Assembly (NCBI RefSeq): GCF_000143415.4
Contig: NW_003314338.1
Coordinates: 203,015 to 267,014 of the forward strand
Direction of reading: 5' to 3'
Source: Selaginella moellendorffii
Lineage: Eukaryota > Plantae > Lycopodiophyta
DNA length: 64,000 nt
The translations under genes were made by a program, and so were the position numbers. Each line of letters opens with the position of its first letter. Position 1 is the first letter of the stretch. Below the pieces are notes generated by a model. It made no database searches. It was not told the DNA's origin and saw only the letters and a list, made by a program, of their open reading frames with translations. Shown piece by piece: positions 1-11,722 of this stretch.

Positions 1-430
1 AGGCGTTCCACTTCTCCGAGATTCCCACAGTGATAGGTTGGTGCTCCAGCCAGCCACCACCACCACCACCACCTTTTTTCTAACACCTGCTTTTGCTTCC
101 GCAGGCGCGAGTGCAGTGTCGGGTTTCTTTGCTTCTGCATGCAGCCTACCCTTCGACTACGTTAAGACGCAAATACAAAAGATGCAGCCGGGGCCTGATG
201 GCAAGTACCCCTTCTCGGGCTCTTTGGATTGCGCCGTCCAGACGTTCAAAAAGCACGGGCCTCTCAAGTTTTACACGGGCTTTGGAACGTATTGCGTGAG
301 GATCGCGCCCCATGTCATGGTAGGCATATGCTATTTATTCTCCCTCTCACTCATTCACTGGCGACCATTGCAGATGACATGGATATTCCTCAACCAGATA
401 CAAAAGTTAGAGACTCGCGTGGGCCTGTGA
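1..430 (+). CDS. DTC: Mitochondrial dicarboxylate/tricarboxylate carrier, 3' part (exons <1-36, 105-319, 374-430)
   Basis: Spliced product TVIGASAVSGFFASACSLPFDYVKTQIQKMQP...FYTGFGTYCVRIAPHVMMTWIFLNQIQK carries the carrier motif PxDxxK. GT-AG introns at 37-104 and 320-373 keep the frame. Confidence 0.9.
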   Translation, partial: GVPLLRDSHSDRLVLQPATTTTTTFFLTPAFASAGASAVSGFFASACSLPFDYVKTQIQKMQPGPDGKYPFSGSLDCAVQTFKKHGPLKFYTGFGTYCVRIAPHVMVGICYLFSLSLIHWRPLQMTWIFLNQIQKLETRVGL

Positions 431-670
431 TTCTTTTCTTTCGTTTTTTGGTACAAGTTCGCAATTCCTGACAACGAATGCAAGGCAACACCGCGGGTGC
501 AGAGGGGATTTACCATAAGTCTGTAGTTGTTCCCAGGACGAATTTTATCTTGATTTTAGAAGGAATAAGACTTCGATTAATATGACATGACATGGCAGCT
601 TGCTTGTCCACGCGCCAAGCTGGCGATGTGGGGAAACGCGCTATGCGTCGATTGACTCCGGGCGGGAGGA

Positions 671-2922
671 ATGGTGCTTGTAGCGGTGGAGGAGATGGGC
701 GACGACTGCAACACGCTCGTATCAAGCCCAAGCCCGAGTCGAGACGTGGCACCCGCGCTCGAGCTTAACTTCCCTTCCTGCCACCCGCTCGTGGCGGCAC
801 ACTACCACCTGCACATACCTGCAGTGCCACTGTTTGAGCACGGTAATCTTGTCCACGGCATGATTGCAATTTGCAATACCTGTGCATGCAGCCGAGCAAG
901 TCATCGCCACACGATACCGGTTGGCGACGCAACAGCAGCACCGTAGCAGCATGGACGTGGGCACGCAGATTGCATCCTACGCGGATCAAGTCAAGGAGAT
1001 GAAAGGGAGGATCAACTGGCTGCAGGAAAGCTTGCGGCGGTCGTCGGGAGCGGCTGCCCAGGAGCACGCGGAAGACCTGGGTAAATTCTTTGCCGTCCAG
1101 TCCGTCAAGGTTGAAGAGCTAGGCCAGCAGATAGATGTCTTTTCTGAGGAGTTGCGGCAGTGGGAGGAGGCCGAAAATCCCACCGATGACAATCGCTTGT
1201 CCTCGTTGGCTCGCACAGTGATCCAGGAGGCTACCAGGGACAGGGCTGCCGGCCAAACGGTGAGGATCCAGCTGTCGGATCTAGTCCAGCAGCGGGAGCA
1301 GCGACGGGATCAGAGCCCGTGCCTGAGCATTAGCAGGAATGACTTGGAGATGAAGCGCAAGGCAATGGGGGCGAGGGTGGCCAGGGCTGCCAAGCACGAG
1401 GCCAAGCGCAGGAAGGTGCAAGAGGTGAAGCTCCCTTTCAAGGTTGGTATTCCCGCCGCCACGAGGCCTCAGGGTGGCCTTCGCACGGGTCAGCTGAGGA
1501 AGAGCAACAAGAGCATCCTGAATGGCACGGCGGCTGGCGTGCAGGGCTGCATCAACAGCCTGCAAAGGGAGGTTCTGCGGCTCAAGGAAATTGTCGAGGA
1601 CAGGGACCAGCAACTGTGTGCAGAGCAGCGCTGGAGATACGACTTGGAGAAGAGGCATGCTGTCGAGGTAAGGGCGTTTCTCATGGAAGCCGAGGATAGG
1701 ACACGGCAGTTCAAGTTTGAACAGGCCCTTGCGGAGAACAAGATCTCCAACCTGTTAGCTAAGCTAGAGCGGCCAAGGGTGGTGGAGGTGGAACATGCAC
1801 AAGAGCAGCACAAAGCCGCTCTTGATGCTGATAACAACATTGAGGTTGTGGTGGAACAGCCCGATGATGCCAAGGGCGTTGACGATCCTGATGCAGTGGT
1901 GGAGGCTGTCCAAGAGGATGACGAGGTCCCCGTTGCTAGTACGCAAGACCAGACGGATACGGATAATGTCAACCGCCAGGTCCCGGTAAATAGCGGGCCT
2001 GTCGCGTGTAGCAGCCGATTCTACGGAAGGGAGATCGCCATCAACGGCACCCAGCTCAGGCAAGCACTCAAGCTCAAGAGCATTGCCGAGGCCAAGGCTG
2101 AGAACCTCAAGAGGCAAGTTAATGCTCTCAAGAAGCTCGCCGGGGAGCTGCAACACGAACAGCAGCAGCACAGCCGACACAGGAGAGAGAGCGGGAGCAG
2201 CGACGTGGACAGATTGCAGGCCCAGCTGCTGCAGTTGAAGAAGCAGCTGGCTGACAAGACGAGGGAGCTCGAGGCTGAGCAAAGTAAGCGAAGCGATGAA
2301 GCTGGAGAGAGGGCGGCGGCAGTGGCGAGGCTGGAAATCGAGGTTGGTAGTTGCCTTCCCCCAATGTCACAATGCACTTACAAGTGTACGTTGTAGGTTG
2401 TGTTGCACAAGAACCTGGCCATGGAGAGAGCTTCCGAGTTGAAGGCTGAAAAAAAGCAGCGGTGCAAAGTTGAGAGCCAGTTAAAGGATATCCGGTGTCA
2501 AATGGAAGATCACGCTAAACAGGATCATCGCCGGCAGCAGAGCTACGATGCCATCTCGCACAAGCAAAACCGACGGCTTCAGCTCAGCCTCAAGAAGTCA
2601 AGGCACAAGTATGAGCAGCTGCATGACTTCTGGAGAAAGGAGCAAGGGTGTAGGCTGTCGTCGGACAGTCAGTGCCACAGGCTCCACGTCTTGTGCTCCA
2701 CTACGGCCGAGAGGCTGGAAGAGCTAAAAGATTTATTGGCGGAGCTCGAGGCTCAACAGCGTCCGAGAGAACAAGCCAAGTGGCACGCATGTAGTCACCA
2801 CGACATGCCCGACTTACGTTTCAGCCGACTGGACGGCCCAGGCACCATGGGAGAGGATTCCAAGCTTGAGACGTCAGAGAAGCTGCTCTTTTTGCTGGAC
2901 AAGCTTGCAAAAGGACTGGATG

Positions 2923-2957
<35 letters not shown>

Positions 2958-4178
2958 GGCGGCGGCGAGAGCGCTGGCGAGCGCGAAGCGTTGGTGTCTG
3001 GAATGAGGAAGAAAGTGAGCGACTTGGCGAGGTTGCTGAGGGACGAATTGCAGGACAGGGATAGCGGTGACGAAGCGGAGCAGCGGGAGCAGCAGCAAGG
3101 CCCGACGGCGGAGCAGCAGGTGGCGCAGCTGGGGCGGGTGTGTGAGTTGCAGGGCAAGAAGTTGCGAGCGGCGGAGGGGAGGGTGGCGGTGCTCAAGAAG
3201 CACGTGTCACGGCTCAGGCGAGTGGCGGACGAGACTAGCAAAGAGCTGGAGCACGAGAGGTCGTGGAATCAGCCGCAGCAACAGAGCAGCAGGAACAACA
3301 GCAGCAGCAGCCTCGCCCGGATCAAGCTGCTAGAGATACAGCTGCTCGAGTACAAGCGGCAGGCAGAGGACAAGGCCAAGGATCTCAAGCACGAGCGCAG
3401 CCTGAGGTTCGACCTCGAGAGCCGCAGCGCCACCCACATCCAGCACCTCGTGCAACAACTCGACGAGCATGATGTCGAGCGCCAGGACGTGTGCGTCCAG
3501 GTGCAAGAAGAAGATCCGGTTGAGGCCATGCACGTCTTTGTGCTGGAGCTGCTGGTCGGGGAGAAGTCCGAGGCTCTGGCGCACGAGAGGCGGGAGAGAG
3601 GCGAGGCCGAGGCCAGGAACAGGGAGCTGGCTACGCTGCTGAGCTACGCGCAGGTGGAGATTGCAAATGCCAACCAACGGGACGATGAGCTGTGTCAGGT
3701 GTCGGCCTGCCAGGGGCACAAGGTGGTGGAGCTGACGGCGTTACTGGAGCGCTTTGCCAAGAGGCTGGACGAGTGTGAGGACGATAAGGGCGTGTCTTGT
3801 GTGCCGAGTGTGAGACAGAGCGACCCGGATGATGCCGGTATGTCAACGTCAACCTGGAATAGTGGTGCTAGTGATGAATGTGTCAAGTTGACGGCATCCA
3901 TGTTGACACTGGAGGAGGCCAAGGGGGGGATGCTGGTAATGGAACAGGAGCAACACCCACATGCTGCAGCCACCAAGCTTAGGAGCTGTGAAGATTTCAT
4001 TGCCAATCTTAAGAAACAGGTCAAAGACCTCGAGCTGTCGGAGGAGGTGCTGCGCTACCGTGACAAGGTTTGGCGGCGAGGCTTGCTGGCCTTCGATCAA
4101 GTCCTCTTGCTCTGTTTCGGCGCTCTGTTTGCATTCAACAGGATCACCATTTTGTTGAGAGACAAAGTTCCCACATAG
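671..4178 (+). CDS. ~1130 aa coiled-coil protein with C-terminal transmembrane helix and KVPT end (KASH-like); exons 671-842, 892-2342, 2397-4178
   Basis: ORFs 671-946, 864-2396 and 2400-4178 join in frame through GT-AG introns 843-891 and 2343-2396. The sequence is E/Q/K/L/R heptad-rich and ends GLLAFDQVLLLCFGALFAF-NRITILLRDKVPT*. Confidence 0.75.
2926..2955 (+). repeat. Coding (CAG)n microsatellite (polyQ)
   Basis: About 10 CAG units encode QQQQQQQQQQ in the coiled-coil gene. Confidence 0.9.
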
Positions 4179-4257
4179 AAAACAAAAGACATTGTTTCTT
4201 GCAAAGCCTTGTCGTTGACAAAAACTTAACTCATTCCAAAACTTGGCACACCTAGAG

Positions 4258-5256
4258 TCACAGCTCTCCACAATCGACAATGACGCATGCCTTTTTGGGG
4301 CGGTCGTCGCGGTCCGTGGGCTGGGTTTCGATCATCTTGACCACGTCCATGCCTTCGAGAACATGACCAAAAACGACGTGCTTCTTGTCCAGCCAGTCCG
4401 TCTGCGCAGCTCGCTTTTCAGTCAAATACAGATGGAACAAGAGCACCAGATAGTCACCTTGACAGTGCAGAGGAAGAACTGGCTCCCGTTGGTATTGGGC
4501 CCGGCGTTAGCCATGCTCAGAACTCCTGGCCCAGTGTGTGTCACTGTAAGCAAAAGAGCAAGCGTGAGTCGAGAGGTACACAGCTTCAGTACTTACGCTT
4601 GAAATTCTCGTCTTCAAACTTCCCACCATAGATGCTCCGTCCACCAGTCCCCTGCAAACAAACAAGCTCTTGCCTTAACAACCAGCAACGTAGATCTCCT
4701 CCTTACATCACATCTATCGAAATCTCCGCCTTGGATCATAAAGTTCTTAATCACCCTGTGGAAAGCAGAGCCCTTGTAGCCATACCCCTTGTCACCTGAA
4801 ACAAAGAGAGCGGTCAAGAACAGAAGAGAAGCCGCCTCGATCTCTTGTCACCTGCGCACAAGGCTCGGAAGTTCTCCACGGTCCTGGGGACGTCGTCCCC
4901 GTACAAACCAATCACGATGCGACCCACCGGCTCGTTGCCGATCTTCATGTCAAAGTAGCACTTCCTGGTGACTTTAGCTTGTAGCGTCGACGGCTCCACG
5001 CTCTGCCAAGACACAAATCGTTACACAAGCTCTCCATGGCCGGCATTCTAAGACTTACAACAGCGGCCTGGGTTGCAAAAGAGCGGCTCCGGCTCATCAC
5101 GGCAGCTGGCGAGGGTGAAGCTCTCATCGCCTTGGGCAGCAGCTGGTGCGACGGCGACACAAAGGAGGAGGAGCGCAGCCATGCCAAGGTGGGCCGAGAG
5201 GCGGCCGCGGCCATACCGGGCATGGATGCACACAATTTGCCCCTCGCCGCCGCCAT
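4258..5256 (-). CDS. Chloroplast cyclophilin (peptidyl-prolyl isomerase), CYP20-3/CYP20-2-like, multi-exon
   Basis: Ser/Ala/Arg-rich transit-peptide-like N-terminus, then exon peptides [64 protein letters not shown] and [10 protein letters not shown]...DCGEL*. Confidence 0.92.
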
Positions 5257-5436
5257 GCTCGACTGTTTGGCCGCTTGATTGATAAACCTAGGTAGGCACA
5301 CAAAATATCTCAGGGTCCGCAAGTATTATTAATGCCCAAGATATTATTTTCACGGCGCCAACCCTTTGCGTTTTACACGACAAGCGCTCGTTCGCTACGC
5401 GGGTACAGCCCGATCTACACACACATTTACAGTAAG

Positions 5437-8383
5437 TCACACAGACAAGCCGGACGAAGAAACCTTGACCTGGCTCACAAGCATATCAATCTGTTCTCTG
5501 TACATTTGCTTCACGTCCGCAAGATCCGCTCGAAGCTCCTCCACCTGCGACCACGGCATATTCAAGACAGCGAGGAGATCAAACCGGTGGACACCAACCT
5601 GCTCGTCCCTTTCCCCCATGAGCTCCAAGGCAGAAGCATGCCTCCGCCGTAACGCCTCCAACTCGGCACGCAGACCACGCAAAGTTGACGCTTCACTCCG
5701 TAGCTTCTCGCACTGTCAGAGCACAACGTTGACTGGGAAATGCCAAGACCGAGCTTGTGCCTACCTCACTCGTGCTTCTCACAAGCTCTTCGGCCAGCGC
5801 AGCTCGAGTTGATTCCAGCTCCGCCTGTAACATTAGATAGCAAACAGATTGATGCCTCGCTGCTTACCAGGCGAGTCGCGTACGACGACAACTCCCCCTC
5901 CTTGTGCCGCATCACCGACTCAAACTGCTCCGCCGATACATTGCCTTTGCTCACAGGAGGTGGCGAAGGAGGCGGCGGCTCCACCACCATGGCCTTGTAA
6001 GAGTCTAGCGACGCCTGCAAGAAGTGACCCTCCTCCATGCCATTGACGCTCGTCAAGCTAGGCAAGCGCCACTGTTGTGTACCTGAAGCTGCCGCCCGAC
6101 TGTTTATCTTGTCGTCGGCAACCCGCTGCACCCGCTCCTCCGCCTCTCCGCGCATTTCTCGCTCTCTGCTGAGCTCCTGCACTCACAGAGCGGATGTCAA
6201 AAGGACGAGATACGCCAACTACGTGCCTGCTCCAGTGCTAGCCTTCGGGACCTCTCCTGGCCAAGGACTTGTGCATACTTCTCCTTGACATCACTCAATT
6301 CCTCATGCAAAACTTTGGCTCGCCCTTCGTGTGATGCAGCCGACTCCAGTGCAGCTAACAACTCCTGCCGGGTCTCAGATGCTCTTGCCCGCTCCGCTTC
6401 AAGCGAGCGCGTCACTTGAGACAGCTCGGCCTTGACACACGACACCTGCGTTGCCTCAAGGTACTTGAGTTGCCGCAACTACACCAAAGGAGATTAACAC
6501 TACCTGAGCTTCCATGACCGCCAGCCGTGACAGCGTCTGTGACAAGCGCTCGTTTGTAGCTCTCTCCCGTTCCGTTGCAGCTGCTGCCTTTGCGTCAGCC
6601 TCCTGCATGTATTGTGAGTGAACAACTTCATCATCAGGCACACACACACGCGCCACACCTGCAAGCGAGAGTTGAGAGCTCGTTCTGCACCACTCCAAGC
6701 TTCCGCCCTCATAGCCGATGACTCCTGTTGAGCAGAGAGCAGGCAGTTTGAGAACATGGACAGCGGCTATATATATGGAGAGAGACGGCTCACTCACCTG
6801 CATTGCCTCTATTTGACGGAGCAAAGGCCTCGTGGACTCGGGAACCCGGGCAACAAGATCATCATACCGCGTTTCTGCATCCTGTACATACACCCCTGAC
6901 GCACGTATGCAAGTGCTCCCTCGCCAAAGCTTTCAGACAAACCTGGCAGCGCCTCTCGAGGCTTTCAATGTCTTTCCTCAGCACATCCTCCCGGTACGCT
7001 GCCTATACAATGAGCCAGCTATAAGTTGTAACGTAGATGGAGCACATCATGTCCCGGAGCCTCACCACTTGTTCTGCTCGACTTAGGCCCTGACGGAGCT
7101 CCTCGAGCGATTGCACAAGAGCGCTCTCCCTCTGAGCAGCCTGATGCAGCCGCTGGTCCAGGTCCGCTTTTGCCTGGCTGCTCGCACGAGATTCCGCGCG
7201 TGCCTCACTTTCCCTTGCTTCGTTCACCATCTTGGTATAGAATTCCCTCTGGGCTGCGAGATCCGCATGCCCCTTGTCAAGCGTCTCCTGCAGGGCTTTC
7301 TCCGTGGCGGCTTTATCTTTCCTCATGCTCTCTACTTTGGCTTCTTCAACCTGTCCAGTAGCAGGGTGAGAAACGAAAAGAGAGAACAACAGGCGTACCT
7401 GTAGCTTGGAATGGAGCCGCTGCTTCTCTTCTTCCAGCTCCCGAACCTGTAAAGCCCGCCATCACCATCTCAAACGTTTAACACACCAGCACACTCTGAT
7501 GTTTCACCTGGGACCGTAACTTCCGGATTGCAGCCTCCTGAGAAGCTTGCTTCTTTGAGAGCTCTTCACCTGACAAACAGCAGCGGGTGTTAGGAGAGGA
7601 GAGGGGGGGCACTGGTTACCTTCGGCCATGACCTGTTTAATGATATCGTCCTTCTCCTTGAGCAGGGCCGTGGAGTCGGACTTTCGATTCACTTCTCTAC
7701 GCAGCATGTCACGTTCCTTGGTCAGGGCGTACACCTGCTCGCGCATTGCCAAATGAGTGAAGAGAGCGTCTAAATCTAAACGAGAGAGAGAGAGAGAGAG
7801 GGTGTGCTGACTTTGCGCTCGGCAGCGCCTAGCTCCTGCTTGAGCGCCTCCAGTTCCACTTGGCTGCTTCGTTTCTGTGACAAAGGAGCGGCGTGAGTGC
7901 AAGGACGAAGCAGTGAGATACTCTCACCTTGCTGGCCTCCTCCAGGGAGCGCCTGAGCTGCTCCTTCTCCTCAATGAGCCGTGAGATCTGGTGGGCCTCG
8001 TCGAGCACCTACACACAGCCGAGTATAACTGGTGCACCACACACACCGAGTCCGCATACCTCCTCCTCATGAGTTAACTGGGCCTCACTGCTGGGTTGCT
8101 TGTCGTCCTCCTCCACCGCCGCCGTCGCCGCCACCGCCGCCGCTGCATCCTGCGTCTGGACGATCTCACTCTCACCTGGGTCCAGCGCGTCATTGGTCCG
8201 TGGCGATCTGGGCAGCTCCGGATCTGGGGCTGGAGCAGGCAGCGTCACCTCCTCTGCTTTGTTGCTGCCAGCGCTACCTTCCAATCCCAGTGCCGAGTCG
8301 AAATTCCTTTCGATGGTCTTGACGCCCTCGCTGATTTTGGTGACTGCCCCAGCAATGTCGCTGCTCAGGTTCCACCACGCCAT
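5437..8383 (-). CDS. GC5: Golgin candidate 5 / TATA-element modulatory factor (TMF) homolog, many short introns
   Basis: N-terminus MAWW...DIAGAVTKISEGVKTIERNFDSALG, internal VPESTRPLLRQIEAMQ and KEKDDIIKQVMAEG, and C-terminal TMF motif ALELMGERDEQVEELRADLADVKQMYREQID. Confidence 0.9.
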
Positions 8384-8485
8384 GCCCTAAAACGTTTGAG
8401 CGCGGCATTTTATCTGGTTGCAGATCACTGCGGCTGATCGAGCCCTAACATATTTGGGCAAGAAGACGCCACAGCAAGAAGCCCA
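8384..8485. promoter_or_regulatory. Very short divergent (bidirectional) intergenic region
   Basis: Only 102 bp separate the ATG of GC5 (-) from the ATG of the 8486 ORF (+). It contains TGGGC/AGCCCA site-II-like and CCCTAA motifs. Confidence 0.5.
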
Positions 8486-10084
8486 ATGCCCGCGCAAGAT
8501 CCTCACAGGGACGATGCTGATCCGCTCACCAAGCTCATCCTTCGGGCTCAAGCTTTCCGTGACAAGCTCGCCGAGTCCTCCAGCCGGCATCGCGAGTCCG
8601 TTAAGTCGATCGAGAGGTCTTCCCAGAAGGATGCAAGCTTGGAGGTGGACCTTATTCTTGCTGGCGCTGGTGCGGGCGATGATAATTCTCGACTACTCGG
8701 TCTCGGGAATGACGACGAAAAAGAAGCTGAGGAGGAGGCAGCTCTTTTGCAGGAGCTCTTCTTTTCTAGAGAATCAACAACAACGACAGCAACAACAAGG
8801 TCGACGACGGGGACGACTGAGATAGATCCCCGAAACGATGGACTGTGCTTGCTCGTGACAATTGGAAAGGTGGTGCTCTTGGACGAGACAGTGGAAGACC
8901 TGACCAAGATCAAGCCAAGCATCCTGTGCCACTTTGGCAGCACAATTTCAATGCTATCATCTTGTACGTGCCTCCTGACGCTCTTCTTCCCTGCTGTGTT
9001 TGACGCCCAGGGTCTCAAGCTTTGCCCAGAGCAGCGAATTTCAGTCACCCCGGTCACAGTCCAAAAGAGAATGCTACTCTTTGACTACAGGTCGCAGCTG
9101 TTTTGGAAACTGGCATCCACGAGAGTTCAACAGGAGTGGTGTGCTCAACCCGTCAAGACAACTCTTTACCTCAGGTGGCAATCCGGTGAAGCATTAGAGT
9201 GTTACGGCTATGTGTCCTTGAACAACGCCATACAAGTGGGAGGTTTGCAGACTAGCTTGGTACTAGCTGCTGGCAAAAGCATAAAAGATGATGTGCATCC
9301 TGCTGTAATCAAGCCAACGCGGTACAAGACCAAAGCTAGTTCCGTCGAGCCTGTGACGAGCCTTAGAAGTTCCAAGAGCAACATCGACTTGGAAGGAAGA
9401 GCCATTGCAACTGTCGACATTGGGATGGTGCTCGTCGGTGAATCAAGCGTAGGTGCTGCTCCGAAGAAGACGAGTTGCTACATCCACGCAGGGGATGAAC
9501 AGGTCAGCCATCTCAGGTCTGGTTTGGGTGAGCTCATTTCCTTTTGCTTTGCTCAGGAACCTTGGATTTATCTTAACTTGCACAACTTGGGGGCGGAGTT
9601 TACCAGAGTGCAATCCGCAAGATCCCAAACCATGCTCTTGGTTGTCAAGTCAGGTTGTAGAGTTGCTTTCGCGAGTATCAGGTTGTCACGGAAGAACAGG
9701 TACCGCCAGAAGTTTTTGGATGCTGTATTGCAACCGAGCCCAAGCGAGGAATGCCTGATATTCTTGGAAGCATGGGACAGCTTGCGAGCGTATGAGGGGC
9801 TGGGAGAGGGTGGACTGGAGGGCTTGCTCGGAATGCTCAAGGTCCCATACTCTTTGGGCTCATGGACGGAACGAACTTCAAGACACGGGATTGTCAAGTT
9901 TTCAGGCTGCTTCAGAGTTTGGCATCCGAGCAAGAAGTCAGTGTCTGGCAAGGTCACAGTGATTGTTGTGCTTGGCTTGAGATACCAAGTCTTGAAGATC
10001 CAGAAAGAGAACCAGGCAGCGGCTGTGATCCAGTCTTGTTTTCGAAAGTTCCTATTTGAAAAGTCACAGCTCAAAGAAAATTGA
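8486..10084 (+). CDS. C2-domain and IQ-motif protein, C2CD3-like (centriole/basal body); probable in-frame intron 9503-9556; 3' end uncertain
   Basis: 532 aa ORF with two beta-rich C2-like blocks (FDYRSQLFW...EWCAQPVKTTLY...GYVSLNNAIQ; IFLEAWD...LLGMLKVP...SGKVTVIVVLGLRYQVLKIQ) and the IQ motif AAAVIQSCFRKFL. Confidence 0.6.
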   Translation: MPAQDPHRDDADPLTKLILRAQAFRDKLAESSSRHRESVKSIERSSQKDASLEVDLILAGAGAGDDNSRLLGLGNDDEKEAEEEAALLQELFFSRESTTTTATTRSTTGTTEIDPRNDGLCLLVTIGKVVLLDETVEDLTKIKPSILCHFGSTISMLSSCTCLLTLFFPAVFDAQGLKLCPEQRISVTPVTVQKRMLLFDYRSQLFWKLASTRVQQEWCAQPVKTTLYLRWQSGEALECYGYVSLNNAIQVGGLQTSLVLAAGKSIKDDVHPAVIKPTRYKTKASSVEPVTSLRSSKSNIDLEGRAIATVDIGMVLVGESSVGAAPKKTSCYIHAGDEQVSHLRSGLGELISFCFAQEPWIYLNLHNLGAEFTRVQSARSQTMLLVVKSGCRVAFASIRLSRKNRYRQKFLDAVLQPSPSEECLIFLEAWDSLRAYEGLGEGGLEGLLGMLKVPYSLGSWTERTSRHGIVKFSGCFRVWHPSKKSVSGKVTVIVVLGLRYQVLKIQKENQAAAVIQSCFRKFLFEKSQLKEN

Positions 10085-11722
10085 GTAATTTCTGCATGAC
10101 TAATGAGCTCTCGAGTTTTCTATCCAACGGTTGGCTTAATTGACAGCCTAATATCCCATGTATTATTGAATACGGCATTGTGTGGTGAGAATGATGAAAT
10201 GGACTTCTCTCACCAAAAGAATGCAGCCTAGCTGGTCTCGCGGGTATTCTAGCTGTTCTTATTCTTTCCTGCTGTTGCTTTTGCATAGTATCTATGAGGC
10301 AAGCACAAGTTAAGCGAGCTCTCAAACAGGTGCTACTCTTGTGTTATTTATGCAGAGTTTTTGTAAGAAATGGTGTTTCCAGTGGATAAAGAACTATCTA
10401 GGTCTTGTTCTTCTAAAGATTTCGAGAGTTTACAGTTTTACTATGTTTTTGTTTGCCTAAGTTCATTCTTAAGGTCCTTCAGGTACTGGGGCTGAAATGG
10501 TTGAGGTACTTGGTCTGTTGGGATTGTCAAGAGCCTGAAATCGGAGAACCTGGTCGGAGTCAGATTGGGGAGGAACATTAGTCCCTATGGTGGGCCTTGG
10601 GTGTTCAAGTGGTATGGGAGGCACACAATAAGAATCACTTTGAAGATAAGCCAAAAAGTATGATCATTTTGACTTAGTGGAGATTGTCATTGGCCTTGGT
10701 TCAACTGCAATACTTGTTCTTGGCACATCAAGGGAGACCAGACTGGGCCACAATGTGGCTACAACTGTGGCTCCCTCACTTTGGAAGACCACAAGGACCA
10801 TGATAGCAATGGCAACCTTGGATGTAATGCATTTGAATTTAGAGCTAAACTTTAAGTCTATTGTGTTAATGACCCTAGGAGTACCAACTTCCTATATATT
10901 TAACCTATATATGCAAATAGTGTAAGATGAAATTTAACACAATTTCAACATACCTAAAGAAGTGGGTATTCTGCCAATTAGTATAGCATAGAACTTGGGG
11001 TAGACCCAAGTTAGATGCAGAACAATATTAAATATAAAAGCTAGTAGATTGAAGATTAAACACAAAAATAGCATTATTATATTCAGAATAATCTTTATAT
11101 ATTTCACTAATAAATTTAGATACTTTCCATAAATAGTCAATAAGACTATAGAGTGTCTAGTAGACTATTGTAAATATGACTATGGGTATTGAAATTTACT
11201 TATTAGTAAGTCCTTTTGAATGTTTTATTTTATTTAGTATATTAGTATTATTGGGTCTTTTGATCAGTCTTTCCTAAACTAGTTAAGAAACTAGTCTTTA
11301 TATATGCACTTGACTATAAGACTATAAGGATAGAATTCCTAAGCAGTATTAATTAAGCATACTTGATCTAATTAGAAAAATTCGTTTGTTAGTTTGCATT
11401 TCCTAGTGTTAAGAACCCATGACATTGAGCCTAATCCCTCAATATTCATTACCTAAACACTTTTGTATCATGCATTATATGTTATTCCCATTTTTTTCTA
11501 TTTAGCTATTTATAGAAAGTATTTAGATATATTAGTTATGAATATTTATAGAATGTATAGATTTTTTTAACCCAATAATATTATTTCCACTTTTAAATTT
11601 GCCATCTAGTACCATTCCATATTTAATAAATTTTCAAATTTTTCCTAAAATTCTTAAATGGAAGGGACAGGCCGGGGGGGGGGGGGGGGGGGTCAAAATG
11701 TATAATAGGGATAATAGGTAGG

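Noticed and set aside
986-4280. Many antisense and alternative-frame ORFs over the coiled-coil gene (likewise over GC5)
   Set aside because: These are shadow ORFs of GC-rich coding sequence with no recognisable domains.
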